From: Eledone cirrhosa
Lineage: Eukaryota
Reading direction: 5' to 3'
NCBI GenBank assembly: GCA_964016885.1
Contig: OZ024742.1
Span: 351,354,001 to 351,418,000 of the forward strand
Length of the DNA: 64,000 nucleotides
Of the stretch, positions 45,491 to 57,793 are shown piece after piece. The position numbers and the translations under genes were made by a program. The notes beneath the pieces are model-generated. The model searched no databases and was not told where the DNA came from. It worked only from the letters and a program-made list of their open reading frames with translations. How positions within the stretch are numbered: position 1 is the stretch's first letter; each line of letters begins with the position of its first letter.

Positions 45491-48400
45491 CATAGAATAT
45501 TCGAAAATATTCTGTATGTTTATAATAAACATTTTGAAGACCTAATCGCTATAGAATAGAATACGTCACGTATTACAATTAGATTCTCGATAAAAGCAAG
45601 GGAAGTAATCTACGCGTTTCATTCTTGTTAGAAATCATCAGGACTACATATCCAGTGCTTTTATCGAGAATGACACAGCTAGAGACTTATAGAATACTTA
45701 GCTGTGTACAGGAACTGGTTTGAAAGAGCGGTTGCCGGTCCGGCAGAAATTAGAAATTGGAATAAATGCTCTGAAATAGCGATATATATGTGAATATAGA
45801 CATAGAATATTCGAAAATATTCTGTATGTTTATAATAAACATTTTGAAGACCTAATCGCTATAGAATAGAATACGTCACGTATTACAATTAGATTCTCGA
45901 TAAAAGCAAGGGAAGTAATCTACGCGTTTCATTCTTGTTAGAAATCATCAGGACTACATATCCAGTGCTTTTATCGAGAATGACACAGCTAGAGACTTAT
46001 AGAATACTTAGCTGTGTACAGGAACTGGTTTGAAAGAGCGGTTGCCGGTCCGGCAGAAATTAGAAATTGGAATAAATGCTCTGAAATAGCGATATATATG
46101 TGAATATAGACATAGAATATTCGAAAATATTCTGTATGTTTATAATAAACATTTTGAAGACCTAATCGCTATAGAATAGAATACGTCACGTATTACAATT
46201 AGATTCTCGATAAAAGCAAGGGAAGTAATCTACGCGTTTCATTCTTGTTAGAAATCATCAGGACTACATATCCAGTGCTTTTATCGAGAATGACACAGCT
46301 AGAGACTTATAGAATACTTAGCTGTGTACAGGAACTGGTTTGAAAGAGCGGTTGCCGGTCCGGCAGAAATTAGAAATTGGAATAAATGCTCTGAAATAGC
46401 GATATATATGTGAATATAGACATAGAATATTCGAAAATATTCTGTATGTTTATAATAAACATTTTGAAGACCTAATCGCTATAGAATAGAATACGTCACG
46501 TATTACAATTAGATTCTCGATAAAAGCAAGGGAAGTAATCTACGCGTTTCATTCTTGTTAGAAATCATCAGGACTACATATCCAGTGCTTTTATCGAGAA
46601 TGACACAGCTAGAGACTTATAGAATACTTAGCTGTGTACAGGAACTGGTTTGAAAGAGCGGTTGCCGGTCCGGCAGAAATTAGAAATTGGAATAAATGCT
46701 CTGAAATAGCGATATATATGTGAATATAGACATAGAATATTCGAAAATATTCTGTATGTTTATAATAAACATTTTGAAGACCTAATCGCTATAGAATAGA
46801 ATACGTCACGTATTACAATTAGATTCTCGATAAAAGCAAGGGAAGTAATCTACGCGTTTCATTCTTGTTAGAAATCATCAGGACTACATATCCAGTGCTT
46901 TTATCGAGAATGACACAGCTAGAGACTTATAGAATACTTAGCTGTGTACAGGAACTGGTTTGAAAGAGCGGTTGCCGGTCCGGCAGAAATTAGAAATTGG
47001 AATAAATGCTCTGAAATAGCGATATATATGTGAATATAGACATAGAATATTCGAAAATATTCTGTATGTTTATAATAAACATTTTGAAGACCTAATCGCT
47101 ATAGAATAGAATACGTCACGTATTACAATTAGATTCTCGATAAAAGCAAGGGAAGTAATCTACGCGTTTCATTCTTGTTAGAAATCATCAGGACTACATA
47201 TCCAGTGCTTTTATCGAGAATGACACAGCTAGAGACTTATAGAATACTTAGCTGTGTACAGGAACTGGTTTGAAAGAGCGGTTGCCGGTCCGGCAGAAAT
47301 TAGAAATTGGAATAAATGCTCTGAAATAGCGATATATATGTGAATATAGACATAGAATATTCGAAAATATTCTGTATGTTTATAATAAACATTTTGAAGA
47401 CCTAATCGCTATAGAATAGAATACGTCACGTATTACAATTAGATTCTCGATAAAAGCAAGGGAAGTAATCTACGCGTTTCATTCTTGTTAGAAATCATCA
47501 GGACTACATATCCAGTGCTTTTATCGAGAATGACACAGCTAGAGACTTATAGAATACTTAGCTGTGTACAGGAACTGGTTTGAAAGAGCGGTTGCCGGTC
47601 CGGCAGAAATTAGAAATTGGAATAAATGCTCTGAAATAGCGATATATATGTGAATATAGACATAGAATATTCGAAAATATTCTGTATGTTTATAATAAAC
47701 ATTTTGAAGACCTAATCGCTATAGAATAGAATACGTCACGTATTACAATTAGATTCTCGATAAAAGCAAGGGAAGTAATCTACGCGTTTCATTCTTGTTA
47801 GAAATCATCAGGACTACATATCCAGTGCTTTTATCGAGAATGACACAGCTAGAGACTTATAGAATACTTAGCTGTGTACAGGAACTGGTTTGAAAGAGCG
47901 GTTGCCGGTCCGGCAGAAATTAGAAATTGGAATAAATGCTCTGAAATAGCGATATATATGTGAATATAGACATAGAATATTCGAAAATATTCTGTATGTT
48001 TATAATAAACATTTTGAAGACCTAATCGCTATAGAATAGAATACGTCACGTATTACAATTAGATTCTCGATAAAAGCAAGGGAAGTAATCTACGCGTTTC
48101 ATTCTTGTTAGAAATCATCAGGACTACATATCCAGTGCTTTTATCGAGAATGACACAGCTAGAGACTTATAGAATACTTAGCTGTGTACAGGAACTGGTT
48201 TGAAAGAGCGGTTGCCGGTCCGGCAGAAATTAGAAATTGGAATAAATGCTCTGAAATAGCGATATATATGTGAATATAGACATAGAATATTCGAAAATAT
48301 TCTGTATGTTTATAATAAACATTTTGAAGACCTAATCGCTATAGAATAGAATACGTCACGTATTACAATTAGATTCTCGATAAAAGCAAGGGAAGTAATC

Positions 48401-49388
48401 TACGCGTTTCATTCTTGTTAGAAATCATCAGGACTACATATCCAGTGCTTTTATCGAGAATGACACAGCTAGAGACTTATAGAATACTTAGCTGTGTACA
48501 GGAACTGGTTTGAAAGAGCGGTTGCCGGTCCGGCAGAAATTAGAAATTGGAATAAATGCTCTGAAATAGCGATATATATGTGAATATAGACATAGAATAT
48601 TCGAAAATATTCTGTATGTTTATAATAAACATTTTGAAGACCTAATCGCTATAGAATAGAATACGTCACGTATTACAATTAGATTCTCGATAAAAGCAAG
48701 GGAAGTAATCTACGCGTTTCATTCTTGTTAGAAATCATCAGGACTACATATCCAGTGCTTTTATCGAGAATGACACAGCTAGAGACTTATAGAATACTTA
48801 GCTGTGTACAGGAACTGGTTTGAAAGAGCGGTTGCCGGTCCGGCAGAAATTAGAAATTGGGATAAATGCTCTGAAATAGCGATATATATGTGAATATAGA
48901 CATAGAATATTCGAAAATATTCTGTATGTTTATAATAAACATTTTGAAGACCTAATCGCTATAGAATAGAATACGTCACGTATTACAATTAGATTCTCGA
49001 TAAAAGCAAGGGAAGTAATCTACGCGTTTCATTCTTGTTAGAAATCATCAGGACTACATATCCAGTGCTTTTATCGAGAATGACACAGCTAGAGACTTAT
49101 AGAATACTTAGCTGTGTACAGGAACTGGTTTGAAAGAGCGGTTGCCGGTCCGGCAGAAATTAGAAATTGGAATAAATGCTCTGAAATAGCGATATATATG
49201 TGAATATAGACATAGAATATTCGAAAATATTCTGTATGTTTATAATAAACATTTTGAAGACCTAATCGCTATAGAATAGAATACGTCACGTATTACAATT
49301 AGATTCTCGATAAAAGCAAGGGAAGTAATCTACGCGTTTCATTCTTGTTAGAAATCATCAGGACTACATATCCAGTGCTTTTATCGAG
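45491..49388 (-). ncRNA. 13 tandem type I hammerhead ribozymes (minus strand, 310-bp period)
   Basis: Each unit contains GTAATCTACGCGTTTCATTCTTGTTAGAAATCATCAGGACTAC, the reverse complement of the HHR core. Confidence 0.9.
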
Positions 49389-49392
49389 TGTC

Positions 49393-49481
49393 ATTCTCGA
49401 TAAAAGCACTGGATATGTAGTCCTGATGATTTCTAACAAGAATGAAACGCGTAGATTACTTCCCTTGCTTTTATCGAGAAT
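49393..49481 (+). ncRNA. Type I hammerhead ribozyme (first of 12 plus-strand copies, 310-bp period)
   Basis: ATTCTCGATAAAAGCA ctggatat GTAGTC CTGATGA T TTCT AACA AGAA T GAAAC GC GTA GATTAC ttccct TGCTTTTATCGAGAAT. Predicted cleavage is after 49453. Confidence 0.92.
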
Positions 49482-52400
49482 CTAATTGTAATACGTGACG
49501 TATTCTATTCTATAGCGATTAGGTCTTCAAAATGTTTATTATAAACATACAGAATATTTTCGAATATTCTATGTCTATATTCACATATATATCGCTATTT
49601 CAGAGCATTTATTCCAATTTCTAATTTCTGCCGGACCGGCAACCGCTCTTTCAAACCAGTTCCTGTACACAGCTAAGTATTCTATAAGTCTCTAGCTGTG
49701 TCATTCTCGATAAAAGCACTGGATATGTAGTCCTGATGATTTCTAACAAGAATGAAACGCGTAGATTACTTCCCTTGCTTTTATCGAGAATCTAATTGTA
49801 ATACGTGACGTATTCTATTCTATAGCGATTAGGTCTTCAAAATGTTTATTATAAACATACAGAATATTTTCGAATATTCTATGTCTATATTCACATATAT
49901 ATCGCTATTTCAGAGCATTTATTCCAATTTCTAATTTCTGCCGGACCGGCAACCGCTCTTTCAAACCAGTTCCTGTACACAGCTAAGTATTCTATAAGTC
50001 TCTAGCTGTGTCATTCTCGATAAAAGCACTGGATATGTAGTCCTGATGATTTCTAACAAGAATGAAACGCGTAGATTACTTCCCTTGCTTTTATCGAGAA
50101 TCTAATTGTAATACGTGACGTATTCTATTCTATAGCGATTAGGTCTTCAAAATGTTTATTATAAACATACAGAATATTTTCGAATATTCTATGTCTATAT
50201 TCACATATATATCGCTATTTCAGAGCATTTATTCCAATTTCTAATTTCTGCCGGACCGGCAACCGCTCTTTCAAACCAGTTCCTGTACACAGCTAAGTAT
50301 TCTATAAGTCTCTAGCTGTGTCATTCTCGATAAAAGCACTGGATATGTAGTCCTGATGATTTCTAACAAGAATGAAACGCGTAGATTACTTCCCTTGCTT
50401 TTATCGAGAATCTAATTGTAATACGTGACGTATTCTATTCTATAGCGATTAGGTCTTCAAAATGTTTATTATAAACATACAGAATATTTTCGAATATTCT
50501 ATGTCTATATTCACATATATATCGCTATTTCAGAGCATTTATTCCAATTTCTAATTTCTGCCGGACCGGCAACCGCTCTTTCAAACCAGTTCCTGTACAC
50601 AGCTAAGTATTCTATAAGTCTCTAGCTGTGTCATTCTCGATAAAAGCACTGGATATGTAGTCCTGATGATTTCTAACAAGAATGAAACGCGTAGATTACT
50701 TCCCTTGCTTTTATCGAGAATCTAATTGTAATACGTGACGTATTCTATTCTATAGCGATTAGGTCTTCAAAATGTTTATTATAAACATACAGAATATTTT
50801 CGAATATTCTATGTCTATATTCACATATATATCGCTATTTCAGAGCATTTATTCCAATTTCTAATTTCTGCCGGACCGGCAACCGCTCTTTCAAACCAGT
50901 TCCTGTACACAGCTAAGTATTCTATAAGTCTCTAGCTGTGTCATTCTCGATAAAAGCACTGGATATGTAGTCCTGATGATTTCTAACAAGAATGAAACGC
51001 GTAGATTACTTCCCTTGCTTTTATCGAGAATCTAATTGTAATACGTGACGTATTCTATTCTATAGCGATTAGGTCTTCAAAATGTTTATTATAAACATAC
51101 AGAATATTTTCGAATATTCTATGTCTATATTCACATATATATCGCTATTTCAGAGCATTTATTCCAATTTCTAATTTCTGCCGGACCGGCAACCGCTCTT
51201 TCAAACCAGTTCCTGTACACAGCTAAGTATTCTATAAGTCTCTAGCTGTGTCATTCTCGATAAAAGCACTGGATATGTAGTCCTGATGATTTCTAACAAG
51301 AATGAAACGCGTAGATTACTTCCCTTGCTTTTATCGAGAATCTAATTGTAATACGTGACGTATTCTATTCTATAGCGATTAGGTCTTCAAAATGTTTATT
51401 ATAAACATACAGAATATTTTCGAATATTCTATGTCTATATTCACATATATATCGCTATTTCAGAGCATTTATTCCAATTTCTAATTTCTGCCGGACCGGC
51501 AACCGCTCTTTCAAACCAGTTCCTGTACACAGCTAAGTATTCTATAAGTCTCTAGCTGTGTCATTCTCGATAAAAGCACTGGATATGTAGTCCTGATGAT
51601 TTCTAACAAGAATGAAACGCGTAGATTACTTCCCTTGCTTTTATCGAGAATCTAATTGTAATACGTGACGTATTCTATTCTATAGCGATTAGGTCTTCAA
51701 AATGTTTATTATAAACATACAGAATATTTTCGAATATTCTATGTCTATATTCACATATATATCGCTATTTCAGAGCATTTATTCCAATTTCTAATTTCTG
51801 CCGGACCGGCAACCGCTCTTTCAAACCAGTTCCTGTACACAGCTAAGTATTCTATAAGTCTCTAGCTGTGTCATTCTCGATAAAAGCACTGGATATGTAG
51901 TCCTGATGATTTCTAACAAGAATGAAACGCGTAGATTACTTCCCTTGCTTTTATCGAGAATCTAATTGTAATACGTGACGTATTCTATTCTATAGCGATT
52001 AGGTCTTCAAAATGTTTATTATAAACATACAGAATATTTTCGAATATTCTATGTCTATATTCACATATATATCGCTATTTCAGAGCATTTATTCCAATTT
52101 CTAATTTCTGCCGGACCGGCAACCGCTCTTTCAAACCAGTTCCTGTACACAGCTAAGTATTCTATAAGTCTCTAGCTGTGTCATTCTCGATAAAAGCACT
52201 GGATATGTAGTCCTGATGATTTCTAACAAGAATGAAACGCGTAGATTACTTCCCTTGCTTTTATCGAGAATCTAATTGTAATACGTGACGTATTCTATTC
52301 TATAGCGATTAGGTCTTCAAAATGTTTATTATAAACATACAGAATATTTTCGAATATTCTATGTCTATATTCACATATATATCGCTATTTCAGAGCATTT

Positions 52401-53036
52401 ATTCCAATTTCTAATTTCTGCCGGACCGGCAACCGCTCTTTCAAACCAGTTCCTGTACACAGCTAAGTATTCTATAAGTCTCTAGCTGTGTCATTCTCGA
52501 TAAAAGCACTGGATATGTAGTCCTGATGATTTCTAACAAGAATGAAACGCGTAGATTACTTCCCTTGCTTTTATCGAGAATCTAATTGTAATACGTGACG
52601 TATTCTATTCTATAGCGATTAGGTCTTCAAAATGTTTATTATAAACATACAGAATATTTTCGAATATTCTATGTCTATATTCACATATATATCGCTATTT
52701 CAGAGCATTTATTCCAATTTCTAATTTCTGCCGGACCGGCAACCGCTCTTTCAAACCAGTTCCTGTACACAGCTAAGTATTCTATAAGTCTCTAGCTGTG
52801 TCATTCTCGATAAAAGCACTGGATATGTAGTCCTGATGATTTCTAACAAGAATGAAACGCGTAGATTACTTCCCTTGCTTTTATCGAGAATCTAATTGTA
52901 ATACGTGACGTATTCTATTCTATAGCGATTAGGTCTTCAAAATGTTTATTATAAACATACAGAATATTTTCGAATATTCTATGTCTATATTCACATATAT
53001 ATCGCTATTTCAGAGCATTTATTCCAATTTCTTATG

Positions 53037-53128
<92 letters not shown>

Positions 53129-53273
53129 AACACACGTATGCACGTATACACGTATGGGGAAGGTCATATTGTTGTAATAATATTGCCATAATTAATACAA
53201 CAATACGACCCACGCCAAGTATAACAACATATCTTTCGACACACGATTTCATATCAAAAACCTCGTAAAACTA

Positions 53274-53342
<69 letters not shown>

Positions 53343-54666
53343 CAGAGAAGTGTAGAGTTGAGTGTCAACAAATATTATGATGGTTTAAATGAAAGGACAC
53401 CCGCAATTAATATCTTGTATATGTTTGTTTCAACACTTGACAAACCTTATCTGAGCAGAAATCCGTTTATTTTCATATGTATATATTTAAAAACACCAAG
53501 ATTTCGTGTTGAACTTCACTTCAACTTATCTCTCAGTTTATTGCATGTTTACACATCATGTGTCCTCTACCTTTCATTAACTCATAACGATTCCACTCTT
53601 GCTTCGTCTTAGACTCTCATCTCACCTATGCATGGACACCATGGTTACGATCACTTATATCACTTATATCACTCCATAGTGTTACATCCCACCCACTAAA
53701 TGTCATTCTACCTTACCTCACAATAAACACGCCTAGACATTTCTATACACAATAACTACATACACTGATCCATCACATGCATTCATAGAAATACATATAA
53801 CAGAGCAATAGCATATATACACATATTCCCCTAATCAATCATCTTCACAATCTCTCCTACAGTAAAATATCTACTGTTCAATCGATAGGTAGCTACTTCG
53901 ATATTTACATAAGAACACGACCGTTTCACATGCTCTCCTTTGCTGACTTCATATTTATCTTATTCCCTCCCCCCGCCTATATTTGCTTACCTCCCTTTCA
54001 ACATCTCTCTACTAATATCAATCATACCAGCACCCGGTTTCTTGTTTACTCTCTCTCATTCCACATCGTTCGTTTCTGCAGTTCCTCTGTAAAGGTCTAA
54101 CATCATTTCCATGATGTGTCTGAAGAAGAAGGTTTTGTATGTTTTTAGCTTGGTATTGTTCTAATATGTGTTCTTATTTTCTCATTTACTTATTTTACTA
54201 TAACTCTATAGCCGTAGGTGTGAGCCTCGCGAGCTGGAATGGCTTTTCCAGCGCGTCTTCCTTACCGTCCTCCGGGGAAACACAAGCACACAAATAAACA
54301 TATATATCTTCACTTTCTTTATTTCAATAGAAAATCTGAATTCTGACACCCCAGCGAACTAACCATATTCACTGAACCAGACAATTCTCCCATCCTATTT
54401 CTCTTGACCATTATCTTTTGCTTGTCATTAAATTCTCTAAAAAGGGTGCAGAATAAATTTCCGAATAGGGGCGCGAAATTTAATGGAAACTTGTTCACGT
54501 GACAGCCATAATATCATTTATAACCAATCAAATTACGTTTATTAAAAAAAAGCCTTCGTTAGCCCCTTTTTTTAGTAACATGACATTCAAACACTCATGT
54601 ATGAAAAAAACAACACGAGCCCCACCCCCCACACACACACACTCCACCCACCCACACACACACCTG

Positions 54667-55016
54667 GTTTGAAGAACTTTGTAACGCGAACTGGCGCGAA
54701 ATTTATTATGTTTATTGACAAACCAATCAAATTACTTCTCTAAAAACCTGGCGTTTCGAGCCACATTTCTCCATATAAAACAAGCAACATTCAAAGACCG
54801 ACCAGATGTGAGAAAAACCACAGACCCTCCATCTCGCTCTACTTTTGAAAAGCAGAAGAACTGCGAAACCGGTAAAGGAACGAAATAAATATATATATAT
54901 TTTTAAAAATAAGACTCCAGTTGCATTTTCGATTTCACATTATTTTCTTTATACTTTCACTCGTGTAGGACACCTCGGTTATTTTTCATTTTGTAACAAA
55001 AACCTCACTTTCTAAT
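54667..55016. repeat. ~350-bp interspersed repeat (family of 27175)
   Basis: Direct similarity to 27175-27525. Confidence 0.75.
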
Positions 55017-55074
55017 ATATATATATATAAATATATATATGTATATATATATATGTATATAAATATATATATAT

Positions 55075-55160
<86 letters not shown>

Positions 55161-55166
<6 letters not shown>

Positions 55167-55490
55167 ACTAGAAATTGATTGACATACAAATATATCTAAA
55201 TAAACATATGAAACAATCACAGGGGATAATTTATAAAAGTGTGTAAGCACACATAGCTAGGTAGGTAACTAAATAATTTATTTAGTTACCTACCTAGCTA
55301 TGTGTGCTTACACACTTTTACAAATTATCCCCTGTGATTGTGTCATATGTTTATTTAGATATATTTATATGTCAATCAATTTCTAGTTGATATAAAATGC
55401 TCGGATCTATTCATTAGAATCTTAGCCCATATTTTACGGGTGATATGGTGCATGTCTATCTGACATGACACCCTTAATTTATCTTAATTT
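55161..55490. repeat. Fold-back copy of the 44197 family
   Basis: About 115-bp arms centred at ~55277. Confidence 0.8.
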
Positions 55491-55513
55491 TGTATATATA
55501 TATATATACATAC

Positions 55514-55766
55514 ATGGCTTGCAATCGAAAGGTTGTGAGTTCAATTCTCGGACCGAGTGATGTGTTGTTTCCTTGTGCAAGACACTTTATTTCACGTTGC
55601 TCCAATTTACTCACCTGAAAATGAGTACCAGCAATAGCTGGAGGTTTAACCCTACGATTGACTGGCGTCATGTCCAGGGTTGAGTCTTGTACTCTCAGTC
55701 GCTTCACGCCATGAAACCGGGATAAGCACCGGCCAAATGAGCCTTCTGGCTTGAGATATACTTTAG
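55514..55766 (+). mobile_element. tRNA-derived SINE, family B (V/CORE-like centre), 5' truncated
   Basis: B box GAGTTCAATTC, centre TTGTTTCCTTGTGCAAGACACTT, and 3' GCTTCACGCCATGAAACCGGGATAAGC..ATGAGCC. Confidence 0.7.
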
Positions 55767-55862
55767 ACAGTCGGATGGCGTCATCGTATGCCTAAAACAG
55801 CACATGTTGTGACAAGCGGCGCTGAATGGCGCCCCACAGACTGGTCGGTCAAGGTGATCAAG

Positions 55863-55937
<75 letters not shown>

Positions 55938-57596
55938 TATATATATATGTCTGATGGTAGCTAAGATGCTTCCATAGGCGGTATGCCGGTTGAGCACTAT
56001 ATACTCTTATAGAGCAGAGTATGATAGAAAACGAAAAATCAGTGATGCATCTGAACTCAATTTATTGTGTGTTACAATTGTTTCCTCGGCGGAAACAATT
56101 GTAAAACACAAAAAATTGAGTTCAGATATATATATAAATGGTGTGGGATGCTTAAAACGTCCGTAAGCGGTATGCCGACTCAATATAAGTCTTATTTTGT
56201 TCACAACCTTATATGTGAGTTTGAGTTTGAATTTCAATTTATGATTTTTAATTCTTAATCTTCGTCTACACACACACGGTCCCTTGCGTCCTCCAGTCAT
56301 GAAACCTCTCTCATGTTCATGGTTGATGTGCAGGTTCGAAAACAGTCCTTTGGATAGACAATCCTGTATCTTATATAATCCTATACATCACGGTCTTCAA
56401 GTATATTATGCAACTTTATGAAACCCCCTCTAATGTCCGAGTGGCGTGAACAAATACCCCTTTGCATCTTTTTAATGTATACATTCCTTTACTCCATTAT
56501 CTTATTTATTTTATATTATTTTATTTAGTGTACGTTCACGCATTTTATATATGAGCCCCCAACGTTATATGTGACTAGTACATGACTATTACGTAGATAC
56601 TGCATTTATGCATATTGTGTGTGCACTTTCAGAATAATATGGCTTGTGTCCAAGCCTCAAGAACGTTGTCTCATATAATATTGTATGCACCATGTGCACA
56701 GTTGCGTGTGTGTGTGTGTATGTGTGGGTATTCATCAAGTATAGGCTATTTTTTGAGACGTATGGGCATTCCCATGTGCATGCCGATACGCGGGCATATG
56801 TATGCATGTGTGCATGCATACAGGCATATAGGCATGTGTATGCATGTCCGGGTGTATCTAATTGTATGAACATGTCTGTGTAGGTGTATGCATATCTATG
56901 TGTAGATTCTCAATTTTTTCATCTGTATATGTGCGTAGCGTCTTAAGTATATATGATTCACTGAGTAGGGTGTATGTGTGTGGATGTGCGTATACTTATC
57001 AAAAATAGCTTTGAAATTATATTTTTGAAGGCCTCTTCCATGCATTTTTTTAAAGAAGTTCTTTTTGAAATGAGGAGTTTTAAGGTATTGTGAGGGTGTG
57101 TTTTTATGAAATGCCTCTTTAAAACATTTTTAAAATGTTTTTTCTAAAATGTTTTTTAAACGTTTTTGGAAACGTTTTTTTTAAAATGCTTTTTCTTTCT
57201 AAGTATTCGATACACATTTAATATTTAATATTTACTGTGATTGTCGCATATGGGACCGTTGCGGGTGTGTATCTGATTGGTGTGGGTGTTTGAGTACCCA
57301 TACCTAACACGCCTGCGCGATACATGGACATAGGCGTGGGAGCGTACGGGCCGGCAGAGCTGCGAAAAGACGCCACCGGTTCAATCATACAACCCCTTAC
57401 CCACTAGAGTAGTAATACCGATATAAGTAACAACTTTGATTGACAGGAGGCAATTGAAAAGAATCAGATATACGACGGCCGTGAGTGGCCAAAAATACCG
57501 ATGACCACTCATAGAATGAAAACAACAGGATCTAAGCTGCCGTGCGAAGGCAGCGGGTGTAACTGGACAATTGGAAACTCTGCTTCGTAGAATCGT

Positions 57597-57691
57597 GACA
57601 TATCTGAGGACCTTGCGATTTCAAAGTCAGGTTTGATCATTGCATCGATCGTGCTTCGAGCTGATCGCCAGAGAAACAATTGAAATATGTC
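57597..57691 (+). ncRNA. Type I hammerhead ribozyme with long stem II; cleavage triplet mutated (GAA)
   Basis: GACATAT CTGAGGA ..GCGAT...ATCGC.. GAAAC AATT GAA ATATGTC, with a perfect 7-bp stem I. Confidence 0.7.
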
Positions 57692-57734
57692 TAATAAATC
57701 TTATTCGTCGGACCACTGATTCTCCGTTTGTTAT

Positions 57735-57789
<55 letters not shown>

Positions 57790-57793
<4 letters not shown>

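Larger units (their letters stand above)
45491..53032. mobile_element. Inverted tandem array of a 310-bp hammerhead retrozyme-like unit (~24 units, 25 HHRs)
   Basis: Units start at 45491+310n up to 49388, then run as reverse complement from 49389 to 53032. I saw only one substitution (48861). (TA/TATG)n flanks both sides. Confidence 0.95.

Noticed and set aside
45491-53032. CRISPR array, rDNA/5S or centromeric satellite interpretation
   Set aside because: There are no variable spacers and no rRNA, tRNA or snRNA similarity. The HHR and TA-targeted insertion explain the array better.
54114-54292. Possible HHR with ~150-nt stem II (TGTGT CTGAAGA…GAAAC…ACACA)
   Set aside because: No NUH triplet and stem III cannot form, so at best a decayed relic.
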